64,000 bases of DNA, taken from NCBI GenBank assembly GCA_963803705.1, contig CAWDNU010000004.1:448001-512000 (forward strand). The letters run 5' to 3'. The notes under the pieces were generated by a model that was not told where the DNA came from, did no database searches, and worked only from the letters and a program-made list of their open reading frames with translations. The stretch is from an uncultured Pseudobdellovibrionaceae bacterium. GTDB taxonomy: Bacteria > Bdellovibrionota > Bdellovibrionia > Bdellovibrionales > UBA1609. Shown here in pieces: positions 1-9,872 of the stretch. The first letter of the stretch is position 1. Every line of letters starts with the position of its first letter. A program made the translations under genes and the position numbers.

Positions 1-354
1 CGCGCTCTTATCGAAGTTTTAAACCAATCTAAAACAAGCTTATCTATTAAAGAGCTATTTATTAGAATGTCCGATAAAAATGTTAAAATTGATGAGGCCT
101 CCGTTTACCGAATTACAGAAGCTTTTAAGGATCTGAATATTGTCCACGTGCACTTGAATGGAAAGGTTAAACTATGCTCTCATTTAGTTTGCGAGCAAGC
201 TTTTCATTTAAGTTTGGAGTGCAACAGGTGTAGTAAAGCTTTAGAACCTCACTTAAGTTCCGCTGATGAGCAAAAAGTTGCCAAAATCTTAAACCTTCAA
301 GCGAATACTATATCCTATTTACATGTAAATTATGTTTGTGGTCAGTGTTTGTAA
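1..354 (+). CDS. Fur-family transcriptional regulator (5' partial)
   Basis: Frame is open from base 1 (RALIEVLNQSKTSLSIKELF...). It has the Fur-like 'ASVYR..E.F..LNIVH' helix, a CxxC (CNRC) and a C-terminal CGQC. Confidence 0.75.
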   Translation, partial: RALIEVLNQSKTSLSIKELFIRMSDKNVKIDEASVYRITEAFKDLNIVHVHLNGKVKLCSHLVCEQAFHLSLECNRCSKALEPHLSSADEQKVAKILNLQANTISYLHVNYVCGQCL

Positions 355-396
355 GTTTGCAACCCACAAATCGGTAACCAACTAAGAAAATTATGA

Positions 397-413
397 TAGG
401 GCCTGTGGAAGAT
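397..413 (+). repeat. 17-bp direct repeat, copy 1 (TAGGGCCTGTGGAAGAT)
   Basis: Exact copy at 4647-4663. Resembles the MITE end GGGCCTGTTGAA at 45702. Confidence 0.7.
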
Positions 414-457
414 TCATGCCTTGATACTGCAATTCATATCTTATAGTATTTGCTGCT

Positions 458-1279
458 ATGGATAACTTATCTTTAAATCAAGAAACAATCGACAACCTAA
501 TGACTATGGCTATAGGCTATGCCCCTAAGCTTTTGCTTGCACTTTTGACTCTGATCGTTGGATTTTGGATTTCACGAAAGATAGCGAACGCAATACAAAA
601 AGTTTTAAGTGTTAAAGAGATCGACCCATCGCTTGCCAAATGGCTAGGCTCCTTTTTATCAGTCACTTTAAAAATTCTGGTTATTATTTCTGTGGCAGCG
701 ATGGTTGGAATTGAAACCACTTCTTTTATTGCGCTTTTAGGTGCTGCAGGCTTGGCTATAGGGCTGGCGCTGCAAGGAAGTCTTGCAAATTTTGCGGGCG
801 GACTGCTTATACTTTTCTTCAAACCTTTTAGGGTGGGAAGCCACATCAAGGCTCAAGGAGAAGAAGGCATTGTCGAGATCATTGATATTTTTTTCACTTA
901 TGTCAGAACTTTTGACAATAAGATGATTGTTCTACCAAACGGTCCGTTGGCTGGGGATAAAATTGTAAACGTCACCAAGCTTGAAAAAAGAAGAGTCGAT
1001 ATAGAAATTGGTATTAGTTATGAAGATGATTACAATCTTGCCGCCAAAGTTTTAAAAGACTTAGCATTAAGTAATGATAAGGTCTTTAAGACACCAGAAC
1101 CCTTCACTGGCATCAAAAATTATGGAGACAGCTCCATAAATATTATTCTAAGAGTCTGGTGCAAAACTGAAGATTATTGGGAAGTTTATTTCCATATAAA
1201 CAATAGTCTTAAAGAAAAATTTGATAATGCCAAACTATCAATTCCTTTTCCCCAGAGGGATGTACATATTTACAATTGA
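458..1279 (+). CDS. mscS: Small-conductance mechanosensitive channel
   Basis: Three TM helices, 'GAAGLAIGLALQGSLANFAGG' TM3 motif, 'IPFPQRDVH' C-terminus. Confidence 0.95.
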   Translation: MDNLSLNQETIDNLMTMAIGYAPKLLLALLTLIVGFWISRKIANAIQKVLSVKEIDPSLAKWLGSFLSVTLKILVIISVAAMVGIETTSFIALLGAAGLAIGLALQGSLANFAGGLLILFFKPFRVGSHIKAQGEEGIVEIIDIFFTYVRTFDNKMIVLPNGPLAGDKIVNVTKLEKRRVDIEIGISYEDDYNLAAKVLKDLALSNDKVFKTPEPFTGIKNYGDSSINIILRVWCKTEDYWEVYFHINNSLKEKFDNAKLSIPFPQRDVHIYN

Positions 1280-1380
1280 TTTTAGCCTGGTCGGATAATA
1301 TAAATCAGATAATATAAATAGGAGATGAGTTAAAACCCTTTTTAAGGTATCTTTCTTTTGAACTAGCCAGGAGCTTTTTT

Positions 1381-2079
1381 TTGCACATTAGAAACTTAAA
1401 TTCATTTTTTGGTTTGCTATTGATGTCAGCTGTACTTTTTTTAGCCAGCTGCTCTCATCTAAATTTTAAATCTAGTAAGGAGCCAGAACCAGATCCAATA
1501 GAACTACTAAAAAAAGACCTGAAATCTGACAACGAAATCTTTAGAAAAAATCTTGAAGAAAAAATATCTAGGGTCATTCGAAATGAAATAGTTCCTGAGT
1601 TAAGAGAAATATCTATCTACTCAAGAAGAACGATAAAAAAACAAAATGAAATTAAAAGTGAGGCTCTACAAAAAATTATTATCGGAAGAGTAGAATGGAT
1701 CAAAACTACAGATCCCGAAGTAAAATTTAGAGCCAGAATAGATACCGGTGCCCAGACCTGTTCAATCCACGCCGATAAAATCACAGAGGTATCCAAAGAG
1801 GGTGTGCCCTACGTTGAATTTGTCACAACAGACGAACAAGGTGAACGGCATTCGTTTTTAAAAAAAATTATTAAGACTACTATTGTTAAAAGCACTTCTG
1901 GTGCGTCCAGAAAACGCTACGTCATCAAATTAGATTTACTATTTGGTGGCCGTCAAATTTCAACAAACGTTAATTTGAACAACAGAACCCACTTAAAACA
2001 TAATTTTTTGGTGGGTCGCAATCTTTTACTTGGTGACTATATTGTAGATGTTTCTCAATCACGCCTACTGGACAAATAA
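1381..2079 (+). CDS. RimK-associated putative ATP-dependent zinc protease (retropepsin-like), lipoprotein
   Basis: Motifs 'IIGRVEW', 'ARIDTGAQTCSIHA', 'LVGRNLL', 'VDVS'. N-terminal lipobox LASC. Confidence 0.85.
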   Translation: MHIRNLNSFFGLLLMSAVLFLASCSHLNFKSSKEPEPDPIELLKKDLKSDNEIFRKNLEEKISRVIRNEIVPELREISIYSRRTIKKQNEIKSEALQKIIIGRVEWIKTTDPEVKFRARIDTGAQTCSIHADKITEVSKEGVPYVEFVTTDEQGERHSFLKKIIKTTIVKSTSGASRKRYVIKLDLLFGGRQISTNVNLNNRTHLKHNFLVGRNLLLGDYIVDVSQSRLLDK

Positions 2080-3693
2080 ATGATACCAATTAAGCTACTA
2101 AAAAAAATAATAATTTTCATATGTATCGCTTTACCAATTTATATGTTGATTTACAAAAGTCAGAAGCTAGGTTTACCAATTATACCAAGACAGGCTTTAG
2201 ACCTGTGGCAAGTTGAAATAAAAGCTAATCATAAAAATTTAAGAAAACTTTTGGTAGGACAGCCAAGAGAAATTGTCATTCCCGTTCCAACTTCGACAAA
2301 TTCTCAGACAATCAATAGCATAGAGCTTGCACCAGAAAAAAATATTAAACTTCTCCAAGAGATTGAAGGCGGACCGGTCTTATTTTTATCTTCTGACTAC
2401 ATTAACAAAAATGTTCAGACCTTAATCACGGCAAAAATTCAGCTCTACGAACTAAACTCTAGAACTAACGTTGTAAAAAATGAGTCCTTAGATGATTTTC
2501 AATTAGGTAAGTATAAGAATCTTAGTGGTTACTCTGTCGCTGAGCTTGAGTCCCTTAAAAAACTCTCTTCATCACTTAGCTTTAGTCAAGACGGTCCACT
2601 TGAAAGACTACAAAAATTTTTCTTTTACGTTTCTGATGAAATTGTTTTACAACCAGGTTTAGATTCAATTGAGGACACTTTAACTTTGTCATCCGGAAGT
2701 TTGCTAGGACAAGCAAAACTTATGACCGCACTTGCAAGACTAAACGGTATTCCGTCAAGGGTTGCTTTTGGCATTCAAATTCTAGATCCAAGAACAAACA
2801 GAAAAAGTAAATATAGTCGGGTCTTTTATACTGAAGCTTTGATGAACAACAAGTGGATACCTATTAGTCCCCACTATAAATTGTTTGGTCAAACAAACAA
2901 AGACATGATTGTAATTCACAGGGATAGCGAAAAGTATATGGATCTGTTTAATGACAGAAACATGCTATCAATAATGATCGAGCCTCTGAAATTTATGAGT
3001 TATTCGTCTGAATCTTATATGAAAAAACTTAAGACGCAAAGCACATTTTGGTCTTACTTTTCCCTCCACAGGTTTTCGCTTTCTATTCAAGCAATTTTTC
3101 TTGGGATTTTGCTGATACCTTTTGGCACTATTATCCTTTCTTTTAGCCGCGTATTTTTAGGTATAAACACTTTTGGTATTTTTACGCCTATACTGTTAAC
3201 TCTATTTTTTCTTGAAACTTCATTTGTCTTTGCTTTTACACTTTTCTTTTTCGTAGCCATCTTAGGATTCACTCAAAGATATTTACTTGATCGCTTTCAC
3301 ATTTTGGCCGTACCTAGACTTTCAATTTTACTGACCATGACGATAATTGTTTACACACTTTATATCATCATTGCAGATAGCACTGGACTATTAGTTGTTA
3401 ATAACCAAACTGTAAACTACTTCCCTATTGTAATTATAAGTATTCTGATCGAAAGATTTTCTGTCTACTATATTGAAGAAGGCTTAGTTAACACTATGAA
3501 AACCGCAGTAGGAACTCTATTTGTGTCAACCTTATGCTACATGCTACTTTCTGTGCACTGGCTAAAGGCTTTAATTTTTAACAATCCAGAACTACTTCTT
3601 CTTTCAATTGGCCTAAATATTTTGATTGGAAGCTACAAGGGCTACAGATTAAGCGAGTATTTTAGGTTCTCTGGGCTTAAGGATTCTAAATAA
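2080..3693 (+). CDS. Inactive transglutaminase domain fused to 7TM domain
   Basis: 'ALARLNGIPSRV.FG' transglutaminase core lacking the catalytic Cys. C-terminal 7TM region with 'GINTFGIFTP', 'VPRLS', 'FP..I...IERFS', 'G.Y.GYRLSEY.RF'. Confidence 0.85.
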   Translation: MIPIKLLKKIIIFICIALPIYMLIYKSQKLGLPIIPRQALDLWQVEIKANHKNLRKLLVGQPREIVIPVPTSTNSQTINSIELAPEKNIKLLQEIEGGPVLFLSSDYINKNVQTLITAKIQLYELNSRTNVVKNESLDDFQLGKYKNLSGYSVAELESLKKLSSSLSFSQDGPLERLQKFFFYVSDEIVLQPGLDSIEDTLTLSSGSLLGQAKLMTALARLNGIPSRVAFGIQILDPRTNRKSKYSRVFYTEALMNNKWIPISPHYKLFGQTNKDMIVIHRDSEKYMDLFNDRNMLSIMIEPLKFMSYSSESYMKKLKTQSTFWSYFSLHRFSLSIQAIFLGILLIPFGTIILSFSRVFLGINTFGIFTPILLTLFFLETSFVFAFTLFFFVAILGFTQRYLLDRFHILAVPRLSILLTMTIIVYTLYIIIADSTGLLVVNNQTVNYFPIVIISILIERFSVYYIEEGLVNTMKTAVGTLFVSTLCYMLLSVHWLKALIFNNPELLLLSIGLNILIGSYKGYRLSEYFRFSGLKDSK

Positions 3694-3694
3694 C

Positions 3695-4645
3695 ATGTTC
3701 AAGTATTTGAAAGATTTAGGCATATTAGGAAATAATGGCCGTATCACAGATTTTATTCTGCCCCACAACAAGCGTAAGTCTTACCCTTTTGTAGACAACA
3801 AACTTTTGACTCACGAATTAGCAATAAAAAACAGTATAGCGGGGCCCAAACTTTATTTTAATATTAGGACGTTTGGTGACCTAAAATTTTTGCATTCCTT
3901 TTTTAAAGATATTGAGTCCGCTGTTATAAAGCCAGCCAGGGGTTCTCAGGGAAATGGCATTTTAGTTTTAAACCAAATTCTTTGGGACCCAAAGCCTAAT
4001 AAAACTAAATTTATGACCTCTAGGAAAAACATGACTAGTTTTTCGGAGGTCGAATATCATATCAGTTCAATTTTAAGTGGCCTTTACTCTTTAAACGGAG
4101 ATATGGATCAAGTGCTGGTTCAAGAAAAGTTGGATTCAACCGAGAATTTAAAGCGTATTAGCTTTAAAGGTTTGCCAGATATTCGAGTGATTTTATTTTA
4201 TGGGATACCTGTTATGGCGATGACCCGGCTGCCCACCGAGCAATCCTCTGGACGAGGCAATCTGCATCAGGGTGCAGTAGGGCTTGGTTTAAAAATATCT
4301 GATGGATCTGTCGTTGGTGCCATACAAAGCAACCGGTTGATCACAAAGCACCCTGATTTTGATATCTCGATTTTTGACCTTAAAATCCCCGAGTGGAAAG
4401 ACGTACTTAATCTAGCAGCAAAATGTTCTGAACTGGTTGACATCAAATATCTTGGTGTAGACTTAGTAATTGATCCAGTAAAAGGACCAATGCTTTTAGA
4501 AATGAATGCGAGACCTGGTCTTTCTATTCAACTAGCCAACAAGACCGGACTACTACCAAGATTAAAACAAGTAAATGAATTTTTAATCAAAAATAAAAAT
4601 GCCACAACTGATGAAAAAATAGACTTCGCTATTTCAAATTTTTAG
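3695..4645 (+). CDS. Alpha-L-glutamate ligase-like ATP-grasp protein (RimK-related)
   Basis: Motifs 'VIKPARGSQGNGI', 'GLPDIRVI', 'RGNLHQGAVG', 'LEMNARPGLSIQLAN'. Canonical three-gene context. Confidence 0.9.
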   Translation: MFKYLKDLGILGNNGRITDFILPHNKRKSYPFVDNKLLTHELAIKNSIAGPKLYFNIRTFGDLKFLHSFFKDIESAVIKPARGSQGNGILVLNQILWDPKPNKTKFMTSRKNMTSFSEVEYHISSILSGLYSLNGDMDQVLVQEKLDSTENLKRISFKGLPDIRVILFYGIPVMAMTRLPTEQSSGRGNLHQGAVGLGLKISDGSVVGAIQSNRLITKHPDFDISIFDLKIPEWKDVLNLAAKCSELVDIKYLGVDLVIDPVKGPMLLEMNARPGLSIQLANKTGLLPRLKQVNEFLIKNKNATTDEKIDFAISNF

Positions 4646-4646
4646 T

Positions 4647-4663
4647 TAGGGCCTGTGGAAGAT
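4647..4663 (+). repeat. 17-bp direct repeat, copy 2
   Basis: Identical to 397-413 and lies immediately after the ATP-grasp stop codon. Confidence 0.7.
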
Positions 4664-4714
4664 CTTGCATCTAAACTCAATGATGAAAGCTAAAAAATAC
4701 AATATTCAAAGCCG

Positions 4715-5230
4715 CTACTTGTTGATCTTATCCAAACCAAAGTGGGTTTCAAAGTCGTCATCAAAAACACTTGATAGACTGTAGTGAGCCAAACATGTCA
4801 TATCCTGAAGTTGTCCTAACCTTTCAGAATCTACATCAAGCTCTTTCAAGGTTTTTTCGTCACAAGATTTTAAGTGATCGGCAAGATCTTTAACTTTTTC
4901 AAGCATAACCAGTTCACGTCGCTTCAGTACGTTCAAGATCACTTCTAAAACTTTAGGGTTAGCGTTATAATGTTGAAAGACAGAGGGTGAATCTAATTCG
5001 ACCCTACATATCACCTTATTTTTAATTAAGTCTTTTATCGCCAAGCTTACTAGCCCCTTGCTGACTTTTAAATTATCAATAAAGTACTGGGCATCCCTGG
5101 GTACTGAGGACAAATAAAGCAAACACCATATTCTGCCATGAATGGACTTAAAACCCCAATACTTCATAAACTCGCCAACTGCGTGGGCAAGATTAAATTG
5201 AGAGCTTAAACACTCATTTTTAAGCGGCAT
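4715..5230 (-). CDS. GbsR/MarR-family transcriptional regulator
   Basis: 'G.F..YWGF..IHGRIW.LLYLS', then a wHTH segment 'VSKGLVSLAIKDL'. Confidence 0.8.
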   Translation of the reverse strand: MPLKNECLSSQFNLAHAVGEFMKYWGFKSIHGRIWCLLYLSSVPRDAQYFIDNLKVSKGLVSLAIKDLIKNKVICRVELDSPSVFQHYNANPKVLEVILNVLKRRELVMLEKVKDLADHLKSCDEKTLKELDVDSERLGQLQDMTCLAHYSLSSVFDDDFETHFGLDKINK

Positions 5231-5242
5231 GCAAACAACTCC

Positions 5243-6610
5243 TTATTTGAACGTGCTATTAAGCACCTGAGTACGATATTTAAAAATTTTATTTATATCT
5301 CGACGCACTTTCCACCCAGCGAAGATTAAACCGATAATTCCCAGTGGCAAACTATAATCTACTTGATCTTTCACAAGGGTGCCGGCACCCAATGGCTCAA
5401 ACAAGTGGGTGTGATGCCATTTTTTGTAAGGACCCTTTTCTTGCATATCTGAAAACGAATTCGGCGGATTCCAAGTTGTGATAAGAGTTTGCCACTTCAA
5501 TGGAATAACTCCGTCTAGCCATAATTTGTAGGTGATTAAAGTGCCTTTTTCAATTTTATCTGTAGTCTTAGAGATCACTTTAAACCTCATAGCTGGCGGG
5601 GTTATTTTTTCCAGATTATCTACATTTGAAAAAAATAAAAAAACCTTATCTACAGACTCGTTTACATAAAGCTCGGACGCAAACCTTGCCTCTGCGATTT
5701 TAAGCTTTGGGATGTTTTTCTCTAAACTTGATTCCGCTGTATCAAATTTAAATTTATAACCAAGGCTCACTATCTTCTGTGCAGAAACATTTTGTGACAT
5801 TAAAAGATACTTAGTAAATTCGCCTACTATAATCTTAAGTGAGAATCGGGGCACGGGCACTAGAACAGGCCTAGAAATTCTTTGTCCAATAATTTTAGTG
5901 AATTTCTTATTAGAAATTGGATTTGGCGCAACACCATTGATTGGTCCAACTACATCTTTATTTTCTAAGGCGTAAAGATAAATGCCAACGATATCCTGAA
6001 TATCGATCCAGCTCATGATTTGCGTGCCGTCTGCAAGGGGTCCACCAAGACCACTTTTCAACGGAGGAAGCATTTGTTCTAAAGCACCACCCTGTGCTGA
6101 CAACACGATTCCGGTGCGGATGTGACACACCCTTGTTGCTGGCTGACCTGAAAGCATTTGGTATGCCATGGCTTCCCAATTTTTACATAGCTCACCAAAA
6201 AAATTATCCGCCGGAGCAACGCTTTCATCCATAGGTTTTGAATTTTCTGGATAATAACCGATAGCCGAAGCGCCGATAAAAAATTTAAGATTACTTGGGG
6301 CGTTTTTTAAAAGATTTTTTGTAAGCAAAATACGACTGTTTTCAAGACGAATTTTAAACTTATCTGACCATCTTTTTTCGGCGACACTTACGCCAGCAAG
6401 ATGAATCACCCCATCTATGCCTTGGAAGTGCTTTGAGTCTAAAGAATCTTTTTCACCGTCCCACTGTATGGCTGTGTGCGGGTAAGGGCACTTAACCGAA
6501 GAGGTTTTTGCATTTCGAGTCAGAACAAATAGATGGTGCCCCTTTCTAACAAGGTCTTTACCCAATTCGCTACCTATTAGGCCTGTTCCACCCGTCAAAA
6601 GAATTTTCAT
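5243..6610 (-). CDS. TIGR01777-family NAD-dependent epimerase fused to a C-terminal SRPBCC domain
   Basis: 'ILLTGGTGLIG' Rossmann motif, 'RTGIVLS..GGAL', and C-terminal 'NLEKITPP...GPYKKWHHTH.F'. Confidence 0.9.
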   Translation of the reverse strand: MKILLTGGTGLIGSELGKDLVRKGHHLFVLTRNAKTSSVKCPYPHTAIQWDGEKDSLDSKHFQGIDGVIHLAGVSVAEKRWSDKFKIRLENSRILLTKNLLKNAPSNLKFFIGASAIGYYPENSKPMDESVAPADNFFGELCKNWEAMAYQMLSGQPATRVCHIRTGIVLSAQGGALEQMLPPLKSGLGGPLADGTQIMSWIDIQDIVGIYLYALENKDVVGPINGVAPNPISNKKFTKIIGQRISRPVLVPVPRFSLKIIVGEFTKYLLMSQNVSAQKIVSLGYKFKFDTAESSLEKNIPKLKIAEARFASELYVNESVDKVFLFFSNVDNLEKITPPAMRFKVISKTTDKIEKGTLITYKLWLDGVIPLKWQTLITTWNPPNSFSDMQEKGPYKKWHHTHLFEPLGAGTLVKDQVDYSLPLGIIGLIFAGWKVRRDINKIFKYRTQVLNSTFK

Positions 6611-6703
6611 AGTTTGATGTTAGCACAGGTTAAAGTCTTAAACCAAGAGTCCTAAATTAAATGAAAGTAATTGATCTATCGCTACTCGCTAAAGCTTTTA
6701 AAA

Positions 6704-7000
6704 TCATTTTATCTCCCAGGCTTGCTCGTTGATGTATGCTGCCATATCTAGGTCTTTACCGGTCACCCCATCTGCATCGTGAGTTCTTAGCTCAACCCAT
6801 AGATTATTATATATATTTTTCCATTCTGGGTGGTGCTCTTTTTTTTCAGCATATAGAGCAACCTGGGTCATAAGTGAAAACGCCTGAACGAAATCCTTAA
6901 AGACAAACTTTTTTTGAATGCACTTTTTTTGGGCTGAATATGACCAGCCCATCAAAACCTTAAGCTTAGTTTCAATATCATTGGGACTCAGTGAATTCAA
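6704..7000 (-). CDS. Pterin-4-alpha-carbinolamine dehydratase
   Basis: Motifs 'F.FKDFVQAF', 'AE..EHHPEW.N.YN', 'THDADGVT.KD'. Confidence 0.92.
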   Translation of the reverse strand: MNSLSPNDIETKLKVLMGWSYSAQKKCIQKKFVFKDFVQAFSLMTQVALYAEKKEHHPEWKNIYNNLWVELRTHDADGVTGKDLDMAAYINEQAWEIK

Positions 7001-7179
7001 AACAGCCCTCCTATGTAAAGCTATTAGAAGTCTAACAATAGAATTCTTGGTTTCAAAAGATAATTATTATTTTATCGCTTAACGACATTTTTTAAACTGA
7101 GGCTTTGTCTTCAGACTCTTTTACGATACCCTTTATCGTAACTAAATAATCTAACCAACCATTAAAAGGGGCTATCACA

Positions 7180-7806
7180 ATGTCTTCTAAAGCTTTTTTT
7201 TCATATTCATTTTTTGCAGTGCTAACTATTTTAAGCTTCAACTCAGCTCATGCTTACAATTCCATAATTAACTCTGGAGCTGTCACCGAATCCGGCAGCT
7301 ATAAACTTGGATCCGAACTTCAGATATTGACCGACGAACCATCTGGAGCAAACCTTTTACTGTTTATCGATCTTCCAACGAAATCTCAATCCGTAGATTA
7401 CCGTTTTAAATTTGGAACAGGAGCAACCGATGTCAACTTGGGGGTCGCTGCTAAATGGATTCCAATTCCAGATTTACAAAAGCAACCCGCACTAGGTTTT
7501 ATTTTTGATTTTGATTGGATCAGCGATGAAGACACTGATTTTTTAACTTTTAGAGTAGCGCCAATCATCAGTAAAGATTTGAAGTGGGAGTACGGCTCAA
7601 TGACTCCCTACGCCGCCTTGCCATTAGGGGCTCGCCAAATACTTAAAGACACTTCAGGTGACAAATTTGATTTTACGGCACAACTAACTTTCGGTGTTGA
7701 GGTCAACTTTGAAGCTTACGACGATTTAACATTCTTCGGCGAGGCCGGTTTTGATATTGAAGAGTCAATCACTTACTTTAGTTTTGCAGCTCGCTACAAA
7801 ATGTAA
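7180..7806 (+). CDS. Secreted putative outer-membrane beta-barrel protein
   Basis: Signal peptide ending AHA, amphipathic beta strands, aromatic C-terminal strand (YFSFAARYKM). Confidence 0.55.
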   Translation: MSSKAFFSYSFFAVLTILSFNSAHAYNSIINSGAVTESGSYKLGSELQILTDEPSGANLLLFIDLPTKSQSVDYRFKFGTGATDVNLGVAAKWIPIPDLQKQPALGFIFDFDWISDEDTDFLTFRVAPIISKDLKWEYGSMTPYAALPLGARQILKDTSGDKFDFTAQLTFGVEVNFEAYDDLTFFGEAGFDIEESITYFSFAARYKM

Positions 7807-7821
7807 TTTCCCGAGGCCTTT

Positions 7822-8976
7822 TTGGATAGTAATTTAGACTTACCGATATTAGATAACGAAAGGAATAAAGAAGAAGCTTTATTCCTTTCAGACGTTTATT
7901 TTTCTATGGTGGAGCTTATAAACATAAGTTGCAAAAAGACTTTGTTAGATATGGGGCTTTATCATTTCAATAAACCTGGAAAGATGATTCGATCAAAAAT
8001 TATTTATGAGTTAGGACTTAGTTACAATATTCCACTTACACAACTGCTCAAGTGGTCTATGGCATGCGAGCTTTTGCACGAGGCAAGCCTAATCCATGAT
8101 GATCTGCAAGATGGCGATAAGATCAGGCGAGATCAAAAATCGGTCTGGTTTAGATATGGTGCTGCTCAGGCCATAAATTTGGGTGACTTTCTACTTATGC
8201 TTTCTTACCAACCCTTAGGGTCTTTATCATCACGCTTAACCAGCCTTCACGTGCAAACGTCTTTGAAGCTTGTTCAAGGCCAGGCCAACGAGTTTGATAT
8301 GGGTAAAACTAAAATTAATTCCACATTAGATTTAGAAACTAAAGTTTTAAACGAATCCATCACAGACGAATATCTTGACTGCGTACGCGGTAAAACTGGA
8401 GCTTTATTTGCAAGTCTTGCAACTGGAATTTCATTTTTGGCGTCCACTGGCGAGTTCGAACGCAGGTATCTAGATGATATATTTTTAGAATTGGGCGTAA
8501 TTTTTCAGATTCAAGACGACTTGCTAGATTTATTCGGTGATAAAAAACGAGGGGCACAGGGTGCAGATATTGGGGAGGGCAAATGTAGCGTTTTAATCGC
8601 TATTCACTTTGACTCTTACCCAGAAGATATAGCCTATATTAATTCAATATTAGAAAAACCAAGAAATGACACTACAATCGAAGACATTGAAAACCTAAAG
8701 TGTATTTTTATCGAAAAAGGCACTTTGAATAGCTGTATTGTGTTTTTAAAAACTAAGATAAACGAGCTTAAGGCTCACATGTCAGACAGGCAAGATTCTG
8801 GTTACAATGCAGACATCGTTAGCAAAGTCTTAACTTTTATAGAGCAAATTTTAGCTCCTATTCAGCATGTTTATGAACAAAACAGATATAAGTTCGAATC
8901 TGAAATCGATGCATTAGACAATAATTTTGAAGTCGATAACCAAACATTTGCAAATTTGAAAGATTTAAGTTCGTAA
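7822..8976 (+). CDS. crtE: Polyprenyl (geranylgeranyl) diphosphate synthase
   Basis: GKMIR, FARM 'LIHDDLQDGD..RR', GKTG, SARM 'FQIQDDLLD'. Heads the carotenoid cluster. Confidence 0.85.
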   Translation: MDSNLDLPILDNERNKEEALFLSDVYFSMVELINISCKKTLLDMGLYHFNKPGKMIRSKIIYELGLSYNIPLTQLLKWSMACELLHEASLIHDDLQDGDKIRRDQKSVWFRYGAAQAINLGDFLLMLSYQPLGSLSSRLTSLHVQTSLKLVQGQANEFDMGKTKINSTLDLETKVLNESITDEYLDCVRGKTGALFASLATGISFLASTGEFERRYLDDIFLELGVIFQIQDDLLDLFGDKKRGAQGADIGEGKCSVLIAIHFDSYPEDIAYINSILEKPRNDTTIEDIENLKCIFIEKGTLNSCIVFLKTKINELKAHMSDRQDSGYNADIVSKVLTFIEQILAPIQHVYEQNRYKFESEIDALDNNFEVDNQTFANLKDLSS

Positions 8977-8978
8977 AG

Positions 8979-9872
8979 ATGACGACTTGCCCTGCTTTAA
9001 AATTTCAAAACGTTTCTAAAAAATATGGTACCCAACTAGCGCTTCAAAATATAAACGTAACCATCGAGCCCCATGAGCAAGTCGCTCTACTAGGCTGTAA
9101 TGGTGCTGGTAAATCAACTTTTATTAATTTAGCCACTGGGCTTAGGCAGCAAACTTCTGGCGACATATCTGTATTCGACTCAAAAAACCTTATCCCTAGG
9201 GTAAAGTCTAAAATCGGCTACCTGCCCCAGGTGTTGAAGTTTCCGTCGTATTTAAAGGTAAAAGAAATTATCAATGTCGTTGAAGCACACTTTAATGACA
9301 AAGTTTTAAAAGACCTTTTAGAAAGGTTAGACCTTTATAGATTAATGGACAGGTACTGTTCAGGACTAAGCGGCGGCGAGGAAAGAAAACTAGGATTAGT
9401 TTTGTCTCTTATAGGTCACAGGCCTTTGCTAATCCTTGATGAGCCGACCGCTAACGTAGACTTGGTGGCTAAGTCCGAAATTCACAAAATTATTGCTGAA
9501 CATATCAAGGATTATAACCAGTCTTTTCTATTTTCCTCTCACGAAATGAGTGAAGTCGAAAAACTTGCTAAAAGAGTTATAGTACTCAATCAGGGACAAA
9601 TCGTTGCAGATGGAAATGTTCAGCAAATCAAACAGTCTTTTGGATCTATGACAGTGAAGTTCAGTGCAGATTCTTTTGATTCAATTCTTACTTCATCGAC
9701 AAAAATCGAGCGGCAAGCAGTCATCGATGGAACGATTAGCTACAAAATTTTTGGTGCAAGCAGCGATAAAATTATCAAAGAGATTATTGAAAGAGAAATA
9801 GATTTTAAAAATCTGACTGTTGAGCAAACATCATTAGATGAGGTTTTTTTAAAACTTTGGAGTAAAAGCTAA
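8979..9872 (+). CDS. ABC transporter ATP-binding protein
   Basis: Walker A GCNGAGKST, LSGGE signature, Walker B LILDEPT. Confidence 0.95.
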   Translation: MTTCPALKFQNVSKKYGTQLALQNINVTIEPHEQVALLGCNGAGKSTFINLATGLRQQTSGDISVFDSKNLIPRVKSKIGYLPQVLKFPSYLKVKEIINVVEAHFNDKVLKDLLERLDLYRLMDRYCSGLSGGEERKLGLVLSLIGHRPLLILDEPTANVDLVAKSEIHKIIAEHIKDYNQSFLFSSHEMSEVEKLAKRVIVLNQGQIVADGNVQQIKQSFGSMTVKFSADSFDSILTSSTKIERQAVIDGTISYKIFGASSDKIIKEIIEREIDFKNLTVEQTSLDEVFLKLWSKS

